64,000 nt of DNA from an uncultured Marinoscillum sp. (GTDB lineage: Bacteria; Bacteroidota; Bacteroidia; Cytophagales; MED-G16): NCBI GenBank assembly GCA_902628365.1, contig CACOMW010000005.1:3592-67591 (forward strand). Reading direction: 5' to 3'. How positions within the stretch are numbered: position 1 is the stretch's first letter; every line of letters starts with the position of its first letter. Of the stretch, positions 11,071-19,138 are shown piece by piece. Below the pieces are notes generated by a model. The model searched no databases. It was not told the origin of the DNA and saw only the letters and a program-made list of their open reading frames with translations. Position numbers and translations under genes: made by a program.

Positions 11071-11105
11071 AATATATATAACATAAAGTTTAAAACTTTA
11101 TACTA

Positions 11106-12677
11106 TTAATTATATCCTGGATTTTGTGTTAACTTGGTGTTAGCATCCATCTGTGACTTAGGAATAGGGAATATATTCTTAGTAGCAGCAGAAGCTTCCT
11201 TCTCCCACCATGCATCATTATATTTCCCAAATCTAATTAAGTCTTGTCTTCTAACATTCTCAACATACATCTCTCTACCTCTTTCAGCTAAAAGTTGAGC
11301 TTCTGTTAAAGTACCAGCAAATGCAGTTAAATTCCCAGCGCGTGCTCTAATTTGATTCACTAAAGCCAACGCAGTAGCATTATTTCCAAGTCTCATTTCT
11401 GCTTCAGCTAATCCAAGCAAAATGTCACCATATCTAAAAACAACCCAGTCGTTACTCATATTTGGAGTACCTCCATTTTCATAAGCATATTTTCCAATTC
11501 TTGCACCACACTGGCGACAAGCGTTTGGCCAAATAGAATTTATGTAAGGAGTAAAATTCAATCCTAAACCATCATCATCTCCTTCTTCACCTCCAGCAGG
11601 ATCTTCTGTACCCTGAGGACCTACAACAAAGTTTGTAAGTCTTCCATCTTGAGTTCCAGTATCAGTACCTTTTCCTTTAAACACAGTTCCCTGTGTACCA
11701 GGATTATTTACTGGATCAATATATGAGTTGTAGAACTCTTCTACAGTAGCGTATCCATTCCAAGGTTGAGCTTGTAGTTTATAGGTGTTCTGACTTGCGT
11801 AATGCAATGTCATTTGAACCCAATTAAATCCACCTGCAAAAACTTTGTCATAAGGCACAACAAAAATGTTCTCATTAGAACCTGAGTTGTCTATAGCAAA
11901 GTTATCTTGGTATTTAGCTTCAAGAGTATAACCAGCAGCACCAATTGCTTCAGCATCTGCTTTTGCTGCAGCCCACTGGGCTGTACCTGTATATACTTCT
12001 GCATTAAGATACAATTTGTGTCTTATTGCAAGCGCTGCCCACTTAGTCATTCTACCATAGGTAGATGCGTCTCTAACAGTTGGAAGTACAGGTATCACCT
12101 CATCTAATTCTTTTTTAACAAAGTTATAAACTTCTAGTCTAGTAGAATTAGCTAAAGCTTCAGTTACCTCAAAATCAATAGATAATGGCACGTTACCAAA
12201 CATATCTAAAAGTTGATAATACCAATATGCTCTGATAGCTCTAAGCTCAGCAATATAAGCATCTGAACCAGCTACATCTTTAAATTGATATATCAAACGA
12301 TTACATGTATTAACACCTGCATATAAAGTATTCCATGCATTTGTTACAAATCCATTATCAGGAGTATAGGTATGTTGATGAACTTGTAAAAGCACACCTC
12401 CGTCATACCAGTCACCACCTCTAGTTGGAACAACTAATTCATCCGAAGATAACTCATTTGTTGACCAAACATTAGAGTGACTACCCATAGCAGTGAAATT
12501 AGCGTAAGCAGCCCCAAGAGCAGAGATGTATTCATCTTCTGACTTGAAGAAGCTTGCAGCATCTAAATCACTATACAATTCTTCATCTAAGTTAGTACAA
12601 GCTGGAACTATTAAAACCAAACCTGCAATAACCAAGATCAGTTCTTTAACTTTTTTCATTAAGTTTTTCATGTTCAT
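11106..12677 (-). CDS. susD: SusD/RagB-family outer-membrane nutrient-binding lipoprotein
   Basis: 523 aa with lipobox VPAC. Typical SusD-like helical/TPR-like sequence (LRAIRAYWYYQLLDMFGNVPL; WVVFRYGDILLGLAEAEMRLGN). Lies immediately downstream of the SusC-like gene. Confidence 0.9.
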   Translation of the reverse strand: MNMKNLMKKVKELILVIAGLVLIVPACTNLDEELYSDLDAASFFKSEDEYISALGAAYANFTAMGSHSNVWSTNELSSDELVVPTRGGDWYDGGVLLQVHQHTYTPDNGFVTNAWNTLYAGVNTCNRLIYQFKDVAGSDAYIAELRAIRAYWYYQLLDMFGNVPLSIDFEVTEALANSTRLEVYNFVKKELDEVIPVLPTVRDASTYGRMTKWAALAIRHKLYLNAEVYTGTAQWAAAKADAEAIGAAGYTLEAKYQDNFAIDNSGSNENIFVVPYDKVFAGGFNWVQMTLHYASQNTYKLQAQPWNGYATVEEFYNSYIDPVNNPGTQGTVFKGKGTDTGTQDGRLTNFVVGPQGTEDPAGGEEGDDDGLGLNFTPYINSIWPNACRQCGARIGKYAYENGGTPNMSNDWVVFRYGDILLGLAEAEMRLGNNATALALVNQIRARAGNLTAFAGTLTEAQLLAERGREMYVENVRRQDLIRFGKYNDAWWEKEASAATKNIFPIPKSQMDANTKLTQNPGYN

Positions 12678-12690
12678 TAATGTTTAAAAT

Positions 12691-15687
12691 TTAAAAAGCT
12701 AAGTTTACACCAAATGTAAATGTTCTAGCTCTATAGTACGTGTTACGTCTTTCAATTCCAATTGCTAATGGATCAACACTTCCCATTCCACCTCCTTGAG
12801 ATCCATCAAACTGGTCTTGATATCTAGCTACAGGATCAACGCCTTCATAGCCAGTAATAACTATTGGTCTTTGAGCAGAAAAATACAATCTGAAATTACT
12901 TATAGCACCATCAGTAGGAATAGAATACCCTAATGTAATGTTATTTAATTCAAAATATGTACCTTTCTCAACGTGAGTATTATCAACAGCAGCTTTAGCT
13001 ACTTTTGCATCATAATATGAAGTTTTTACTACATTCCAGTTTCCTACAGTTGTAGGCTCTGTATTTTCATAAAAACCTCTATATGTACTCAAAAGGTCAT
13101 GACCAAATTCTCCATTCCAAAACATTGAAATGTCTAAATTTCCAATATTCATAGTGTTAGTCCAACCTAAACTAAAGTCAGGAAGACCATTACCAATAAC
13201 TTGTCTATCATCATCACAATCACAGAAAGTTCCATCAGGACCAGATCCATCAGGACCACCAAGATCTTTAAACTTAACAGATCCGTCAGCGTTAATACTT
13301 TCTCTAACAACTCCCCATAGTTGACCAAGCGACTCACCTTCTTTCACTCTTACAAGTGTTACAGCACTTTGTCCTGGAGATCCCATCGAAGCTCTGTATA
13401 AAAGATCAGTACCTAACTTGTCGTCTCCTGTACCTAATGTTAATTTATTTAGCTTACTTGAAGCTGTTCCAAAGTTAACACCTGTAGTCCAAGAGAATGA
13501 GCTGTTATCAACCAATTGGTAATTAGCAGTTACTTCAACTCCTGAGTTTGTTAACTCTCCTATATTCAATAGTGTTGTTGATACTAGATTTGGTGGAACC
13601 GGAACAGTTACATTCAATAACTGGTCTTTAGTAGTTCTAGTAAACCATTCAATTGCACCAAATAGTTTTGAATTTGCAGTAGCAAAATCAAGACCAATAT
13701 TAGTGTGAGTTGTTTTTTCCCAAGCTAAATCAGCATTAGCATTACTCGTTGGTCCATAACTTGAAACATATGCTCCATTATAGTAAAAGCTACCAGCAGG
13801 TGCAAATCTTTGCAAAGAAAGATAAGAACCTAATGGCTCATTTCCTGTTTGACCAAGACTAACTCTTAGTTTAAGGTTATCAAAACCTTCCATGTCAAAT
13901 AAATCATCTAAACTAGCTCCAGCTCCAACTCCATAAAAGAACCCCCATTTGTTGTTGGCTCCAAATTTTGAAGAACCTTCATAATTTAAATCAGCATTTA
14001 TAAAAATATTATCGTCAAAGTTTAAATTAACTCTTCCAAAAAATGCTATAAGTTTATTTGAATTCGCAAAACTATAAACATTACCTAGTCCGTTTGCAAA
14101 GTCTTGTGCTGCGGCTAAATTGTAATATGAAAATACGTCTGTTAAGAAGTTTCCACCTTCAGCATGGTATCCTTCATTGAACCACTCCTGATGACGATAA
14201 CCACCTAGTATACCAAGATTGGTAGTACCAAAGTTAGTTGCGTAATCAAGTGTTCCCTCAAAGATATCCATTGTGTATTGTTGGTTGTCAGTTACAGCAA
14301 GACCATTTCTATCAGAACCTCTGAATCTAGCAGTCTTTTTGTAATAAGCACCTCTTTCAACATCCGTGACTTGTTTTGTATAAGTCAAATATCCTTTTAA
14401 TCCAGTAACTATACCTCCAAGGTCAAAATCACCTTTGATAGTTCCTGTAAATATATTATCATCACCTTCGTTAACAGTTTGTTCTGCTATTGACAAAGGA
14501 TTAAAAAAGTCAAAAATAGTTCTTTCAAAGTATCCACCGTAAGGCTCACCAGCTGCCGTAGCATCGTATACAGGCATAGTTGGATTTGCAGTAGTTGCAT
14601 ATCTAAATACTTGTTTGAAACCAAAGTTTCTATGCATATTAGTATTTGCAACATTTACGCTGAATTCAGCTTTATCATTCAATGCTTTTTGAGTTAGACT
14701 CAAATTAGCATTAATTCTATCTTGACCAGTTTTGATTCCAATACCATCTTGATTTCTATAGTTTAAAGAAACTCTATACGATGTACTTTGGTTTCCTCCA
14801 GAGATTGCTAAGTTGTGTACATGTGTATATCCCGCGTCAGTAACTAGATCCATCCAATCAGTTGTTGCACCTAAATTAACTGCTCCAGGAACCTTTAGGT
14901 ATTCAGCAGCTGTCATCACAGGGATTTTTTTAGCTATCTGATCTACCGATCCGGAAACATTATATTCAACTTTAGTAACTCCTCTACTACCTGTTTTTGT
15001 AGTAATTAGAATCACACCACTAGAACCACGTGTACCATAAATTGCAGCAGCAGCACCATCTTTTATTACATCGATTGATGCAATATCATTTGGATCTACT
15101 GAGTCCATTGATCCACCAGCTACTCCATCAATAACAATTAGTGGAGAAGCATTAGCTCCAACAGTAGATATTCCTCTTAATCTAAGGACATATCCATCAT
15201 TAGGGTCACCACCCGGCTTTGAAACTGTAAGCCCAGCAACTTTACCCTGAAGCAGACCCATAGGATTGTTGTTTAATCCTTTGTTAAAGTCTGATTCTTT
15301 TACAGTTGTAACGGCACTTGTTACTTCCTTTCTTCTTTGGTTACCATAACCGGTAACAACAATCTCATCAAGAGAAGCTACATCTAACTGAAGTTGTATA
15401 CTTATATTAGATTGCGAGCCAACTGTAATTTCCTGTGAAGAGTACCCAACATATGAAACAACTAACACGTCACCTTGAGCAGCATTAACGGAATAATTTC
15501 CATCAAAATCTGTTATGGTACCGGTAGTGCTTCCTTTAACAACAATGTTAACACCAGGTATTCCTTCACCATTTTCATCTGTTACTGTACCAGAAACAGA
15601 TTGAGCTAAAAGTACGCTCATTCCTGACATATATACCAGGAAAAATAGTAAAAGCTTTTTCATAGTTTGCTTTAATTTGTTATACAT
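12691..15687 (-). CDS. susC: SusC/RagA-family TonB-dependent outer-membrane transporter
   Basis: 998 aa. Signal peptide, then a carboxypeptidase-regulatory-like domain (VSGTVTDENGEGIPGVNIVVKGSTTGTITDFDGNYSV), a plug (IDVIKDGAAAAIYGTRGSSGVILITTK) and the C-terminal beta-barrel ending ...FGVNLAF. A likelier start is the second Met (MKKLLLFF, 15663). No STN or anti-sigma N-terminal extension. Confidence 0.92.
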   Translation of the reverse strand: MYNKLKQTMKKLLLFFLVYMSGMSVLLAQSVSGTVTDENGEGIPGVNIVVKGSTTGTITDFDGNYSVNAAQGDVLVVSYVGYSSQEITVGSQSNISIQLQLDVASLDEIVVTGYGNQRRKEVTSAVTTVKESDFNKGLNNNPMGLLQGKVAGLTVSKPGGDPNDGYVLRLRGISTVGANASPLIVIDGVAGGSMDSVDPNDIASIDVIKDGAAAAIYGTRGSSGVILITTKTGSRGVTKVEYNVSGSVDQIAKKIPVMTAAEYLKVPGAVNLGATTDWMDLVTDAGYTHVHNLAISGGNQSTSYRVSLNYRNQDGIGIKTGQDRINANLSLTQKALNDKAEFSVNVANTNMHRNFGFKQVFRYATTANPTMPVYDATAAGEPYGGYFERTIFDFFNPLSIAEQTVNEGDDNIFTGTIKGDFDLGGIVTGLKGYLTYTKQVTDVERGAYYKKTARFRGSDRNGLAVTDNQQYTMDIFEGTLDYATNFGTTNLGILGGYRHQEWFNEGYHAEGGNFLTDVFSYYNLAAAQDFANGLGNVYSFANSNKLIAFFGRVNLNFDDNIFINADLNYEGSSKFGANNKWGFFYGVGAGASLDDLFDMEGFDNLKLRVSLGQTGNEPLGSYLSLQRFAPAGSFYYNGAYVSSYGPTSNANADLAWEKTTHTNIGLDFATANSKLFGAIEWFTRTTKDQLLNVTVPVPPNLVSTTLLNIGELTNSGVEVTANYQLVDNSSFSWTTGVNFGTASSKLNKLTLGTGDDKLGTDLLYRASMGSPGQSAVTLVRVKEGESLGQLWGVVRESINADGSVKFKDLGGPDGSGPDGTFCDCDDDRQVIGNGLPDFSLGWTNTMNIGNLDISMFWNGEFGHDLLSTYRGFYENTEPTTVGNWNVVKTSYYDAKVAKAAVDNTHVEKGTYFELNNITLGYSIPTDGAISNFRLYFSAQRPIVITGYEGVDPVARYQDQFDGSQGGGMGSVDPLAIGIERRNTYYRARTFTFGVNLAF

Positions 15688-15811
15688 ATATTTATTAACA
15701 ACTAATTATAATACTGAAAGGGATACAAAAAACCCAAATGCGCATAATATTAAGTTGTCGACAATTTTAATTAAGTTAACTGGTGCAAAAATGCCACATT
15801 TTTATATAAAA

Positions 15812-15819
15812 CAAAATTA
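15812..15819 (-). promoter_or_regulatory. candidate Bacteroidetes -7 promoter box (TAATTTTG) for susC
   Basis: Plus-strand CAAAATTA is the reverse complement of TAATTTTG and matches the TAnnTTTG consensus. It lies between the upstream terminator and susC and implies a leader of about 120 nt. Motif match only. Confidence 0.3.
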
Positions 15820-15851
15820 TATACAGGAAAATTTTAACAATAATTTAACAT

Positions 15852-15884
15852 AAAAAAAAAGGGATAGACTTTCTATCCCTTTTT
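15852..15884 (-). terminator. rho-independent terminator after the NTF2-like lipoprotein gene
   Basis: GGGATAG (15861-67) pairs with CTATCCC (15873-79) around a 5-nt loop. It is flanked by A9 (15852-60) and T5 (15880-84), which gives a U-run on the minus-strand transcript. Confidence 0.65.
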
Positions 15885-15903
15885 AAATTTAATTTTAAAA
15901 TTA

Positions 15904-16407
15904 TTATTCTTCAAGCTGAGCAAATATCCCGCCTAAATCAAACCATTCTAAATCATAAGCAATCTTGCCTTCTTCATTAAATTGAAAAACACCATAGTAT
16001 TTTGTCTCGAGAACTTTTCCAGTTGCTTTATGATTATAATGCCAAGTTCCATATACTCTAACTCCTCCATCTGGAATATAATCCCCATCGCTTACACCGG
16101 GATAATATTGTCTGTCTTTAAATTTGAAATTTTCAAAATCAGCATGCCAACCTTTCATCCCTTCTGCAAATGCTTCCATCGATAGCGAATCATTAGTATT
16201 TGGAGGTGACCATACAAGATCATCTGCATAATTATTCATAAATGTTTCAAGATCTCCATTTTCAAAGAGATTAAAAGTCGCATCAGCAATTGCTTTGTTT
16301 TTTTCAAACTTAGCAACTCCTTCATCAAAAGCGCTTGTATCCGGCGCCGGTTGTGAACAACTTACTACCGTAAACCATACACTTAAGATTATTATTAAAT
16401 TTTTCAT
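15904..16407 (-). CDS. NTF2/SnoaL-like lipoprotein
   Basis: 167 aa with lipobox VVSC. The length and pattern (helices followed by a curved sheet: ...VRVYGTWHYNHKATGKVLETKYYGVFQFNEEGKIAYDLEWFD) are typical of SnoaL/NTF2-like folds. Paralogous to 16438..16998 and to the N-terminal half of 30096..30887. Confidence 0.6.
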   Translation of the reverse strand: MKNLIIILSVWFTVVSCSQPAPDTSAFDEGVAKFEKNKAIADATFNLFENGDLETFMNNYADDLVWSPPNTNDSLSMEAFAEGMKGWHADFENFKFKDRQYYPGVSDGDYIPDGGVRVYGTWHYNHKATGKVLETKYYGVFQFNEEGKIAYDLEWFDLGGIFAQLEE

Positions 16408-16437
16408 GTCTATAAACTTTACTTTTAATTTTAAAAA

Positions 16438-16998
16438 TTATTCAGCATTAATCTGAACTTGCATTCCGTTTACATCAAACCAATCTGTGAACCTCACAAC
16501 TTTTCCTGCCTCATTAAAAAACATCAGACCAAACCATTTATTATAAACTACTTTTCCAGATTCTGCATGAACCGCTCTCCATGTTCCATAAATTCTAATG
16601 TTGTTTGGAGCAGAAGTAGCATTTTCAGTTGGCCATACAGAACCACTCCAAAAAGCAGGTTGAGGGTCTCCTCCCATTCCTAGATCAATACCTTCTTCAA
16701 AAGTGATATTATCAAAATTTTGATGATACCCTAAAATAGCTTCTTTAAAAGCTGCCATGTCCACCCATTCATTTCCATTGTACTGTGGTGGACTCCACAT
16801 AGCAGAGTCAGCAAATAATACCATCTGCGCATCTATATCTTCATCTGTAAAGCCCTTCACAAATGATCTAAATGAAGCAACATTTCTATCAAATATTGCT
16901 TGATTTTCTTCAGATGTTGTATTCATTTCAGAATTATTTGAATCTTGACAGCTTACAAATAAGAATGAAACAAAAAACATCAAAAATATTTTCTTCAT
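16438..16998 (-). CDS. NTF2/SnoaL-like lipoprotein (tandem paralogue)
   Basis: 186 aa with lipobox FVSC. Shares WSPP..., IRIYGTWRAVHAESGKVVYNKWFGLMFFNEAGKVVRFTDWFD with the neighbouring gene. Confidence 0.6.
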   Translation of the reverse strand: MKKIFLMFFVSFLFVSCQDSNNSEMNTTSEENQAIFDRNVASFRSFVKGFTDEDIDAQMVLFADSAMWSPPQYNGNEWVDMAAFKEAILGYHQNFDNITFEEGIDLGMGGDPQPAFWSGSVWPTENATSAPNNIRIYGTWRAVHAESGKVVYNKWFGLMFFNEAGKVVRFTDWFDVNGMQVQINAE

Positions 16999-17120
16999 AA
17001 TTATAATTTTTTAGTTAACAATTAAATGTAAGTTAAAAAATATATAAGAAATACATTCTTTTAATTAGATTATAATATTTGTATTTATTGAAAATATTAG
17101 AATTTATGGCTTTAAAGATT

Positions 17121-17128
17121 TATTTTTG
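17121..17128 (+). promoter_or_regulatory. candidate -7 promoter box (TATTTTTG) for the GH20 gene
   Basis: Matches TAnnTTTG and ends 23 nt upstream of ATG 17152. Motif match only. Confidence 0.35.
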
Positions 17129-17151
17129 ACGCTCTAAATACTTATATCAAG

Positions 17152-18993
17152 ATGAGATTCAATTTTTTAATATTTTCAATTTTATTTTTTTCTATATTTA
17201 AATCAAATGCTCAAAAAAATTATATAATTCCTGAGCCAAAAAAAATTGAATTTATAGAAAACAATAAAGTTGGGTTTAGATTGTTTAAAAAATCCTCATT
17301 AGAGTTAATTGGTATTTCTAAAGATGATCAAGCGGTCAAAGATCTTACAAGTTTTATCAGTAAATTAACTGGATTTTCATTATCTGAAAAAGTAAATAAA
17401 AAATCAAATATTTTATTAAAGGTTTCTTCGGGTATAGAAAATATTGGAGAAGAAGGCTATTTAATCTCTATTTTACCAAAACAGTATTTAACCATTGAAG
17501 CAAATAGCAAAAAAGGTGTGTATTATGGTGTTCAAACACTTAAACAAATTTTATTATATACAAAGGAAAAAAGAGACAATCCTAATTTTGTATCTTTTGA
17601 AAAAAACGAGAAAATAGTAGAAGAAAATTATGACAATGTTGAGGGCAATTTCAATGCTGCTAATTTAACAACTAAAGGATATAAGTCCATACAAGATCCA
17701 GGCGATTTCGTTCGAAATAATAAAAGCGATAACGCGAGAGGAGATTTTACTGATCTTCCAAGCGCCGAAAGACTTACAATAGACGCATACGAAATACCTT
17801 CAATAGTAATTGAAGATTCACCAAGATTTCAATACAGAGGAATGATGCTAGATGTATCAAGACATTTTATGCCTGTTTCTTTTATAAAAAAGTTTATAGA
17901 CATAATTGCAATGCATAAGATGAATACCTTTCATTGGCATCTGACTGATGATCAGGGCTGGAGAATTGAAATTAAAAGATATCCTAAACTAACTGAAGTC
18001 GGATCAAAAAGGAAAGAAACATTAGTTGGACACTCATATGAAACACCAATTTCACTTGGAATTATGAAAAAAAATCCAAAATTTGATGGAATTCCTCATG
18101 AAGGATATTATACACAAGAAGAAATTAAAGGAATAATTAATTATGCTAGCGAAAGATATGTTACCATCATTCCTGAAATCGATATACCTGGTCATACTTC
18201 ATCCATGATTGCTGCCTACCCCGAGCTTGGGAGTTCAAAAGAAAATATAGGGGTAAAAACTTTGTGGGGAGTTCAAAATGACATCTTAAATATAAATGAA
18301 AATACTTTTAAATTTCTTGAAAATATGTTTAGTGAAGTCATAGACTTATTTCCTTCAAAATACATACACATAGGAGGTGACGAGGCAAGAAAAGATCAAT
18401 GGAAAAACTCTAATACAATTCAAAATCAAATGAAAGAGTTAGGCCTTAAAGATGAAAATGAATTACAAAGTTATTTTATAAAAAGAGTAGAAAAATTTAT
18501 TAATTCAAAAGGTAAAAAAATTATTGGTTGGGATGAAATAATTGATGGCGGACTAGCCCCTAATGCAACTGTTATGTCATGGAGAGGAGAAGAAGGCGCG
18601 ATCCATGCTGCTAAATCTGGGCATGAGGCAATAATGTCTCCAACTTCCCACTGCTATTTTGATTATTATCAAGACAAACCAATCAACGAACCTCTTGCAA
18701 TTGGAGGATTGATCCCACTAAAAAAAGTATATCTATATGAACCCATACCTCAAGGTTTATCCAATGAAGAAAGTAAAAAAATATTAGGGGCTCAAGGAAA
18801 TCTATGGACTGAATACATAAAAGAACCAAAAGATGTTGAATATATGATCATTCCTAGAATGACTGCATTATCAGAGGTTGTATGGTCACCAAGGAAGTTA
18901 AGAAATCTAGATGAGTTCAAAAAAAGATTAAAATCCTTTAAATTTTTCTTTGATAATCTAAATATTAATTACAGAAAAAATGATTTTCAATAA
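17152..18993 (+). CDS. beta-N-acetylhexosaminidase, glycoside hydrolase family 20
   Basis: 613 aa with signal peptide. GH20 catalytic-domain motifs IEDSPRFQYRGMMLDVSRHF, NTFHWHLTDDQGWRIEI, HIGGDE, MSWRG. Confidence 0.88.
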   Translation: MRFNFLIFSILFFSIFKSNAQKNYIIPEPKKIEFIENNKVGFRLFKKSSLELIGISKDDQAVKDLTSFISKLTGFSLSEKVNKKSNILLKVSSGIENIGEEGYLISILPKQYLTIEANSKKGVYYGVQTLKQILLYTKEKRDNPNFVSFEKNEKIVEENYDNVEGNFNAANLTTKGYKSIQDPGDFVRNNKSDNARGDFTDLPSAERLTIDAYEIPSIVIEDSPRFQYRGMMLDVSRHFMPVSFIKKFIDIIAMHKMNTFHWHLTDDQGWRIEIKRYPKLTEVGSKRKETLVGHSYETPISLGIMKKNPKFDGIPHEGYYTQEEIKGIINYASERYVTIIPEIDIPGHTSSMIAAYPELGSSKENIGVKTLWGVQNDILNINENTFKFLENMFSEVIDLFPSKYIHIGGDEARKDQWKNSNTIQNQMKELGLKDENELQSYFIKRVEKFINSKGKKIIGWDEIIDGGLAPNATVMSWRGEEGAIHAAKSGHEAIMSPTSHCYFDYYQDKPINEPLAIGGLIPLKKVYLYEPIPQGLSNEESKKILGAQGNLWTEYIKEPKDVEYMIIPRMTALSEVVWSPRKLRNLDEFKKRLKSFKFFFDNLNINYRKNDFQ

Positions 18994-19008
18994 ATAATAA
19001 TTTTTCTT

Positions 19009-19016
19009 TATATTTG
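19009..19016 (+). promoter_or_regulatory. candidate -7 promoter box (TATATTTG) for the metK operon
   Basis: Perfect TAnnTTTG match 16 nt after the GH20 stop, directly preceding the structured leader. Confidence 0.4.
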
Positions 19017-19080
19017 CGCCACATCAAGAATACTTAAGTGTATACCAACCGGACGATAACGGTGGTTTAGCGATGTGGGC
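19016..19080 (+). promoter_or_regulatory. structured metK leader, candidate reduced SAM-I-clan-like riboswitch aptamer
   Basis: P1: CACAUC (19020-25) pairs with GAUGUG (19072-77), extendable to G19016/C19080 with one bulge. This is followed by AUCAAGA (SAM-I J1/2-like). Weak hairpin at 19030-43. Hairpin ACCAACCG-8nt-CGGUGGU (19044-66) has a bulged A like the SAM-I P3 CAACC/GGUG core. UCUUGAU (19112-18) is complementary to AUCAAGA (19023-29) and is a possible expression platform. The class is not established. Confidence 0.45.
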
Positions 19081-19138
19081 ATCACAGTCAAAATCGATTC
19101 TCATAATCTAATCTTGATAAAAAATTAAATTTTAAACT

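Noticed and set aside
11907-16683. Antisense ORFs within susD, susC and the NTF2 genes (11907-12107, 13130-13324, 15982-16185, 16459-16683).
   Set aside because: Same reasoning as above: they are embedded in well-supported genes and have no independent signals.
19016-19080. Assigning the metK leader outright to SAM-II/SAM-V, or to canonical SAM-I.
   Set aside because: It has no AAAGCU-type pseudoknot 3' strand as in SAM-II/V. It is too short and lacks the P4 and kink-turn of canonical SAM-I. I therefore report it only as a SAM-I-clan-like candidate of uncertain class.
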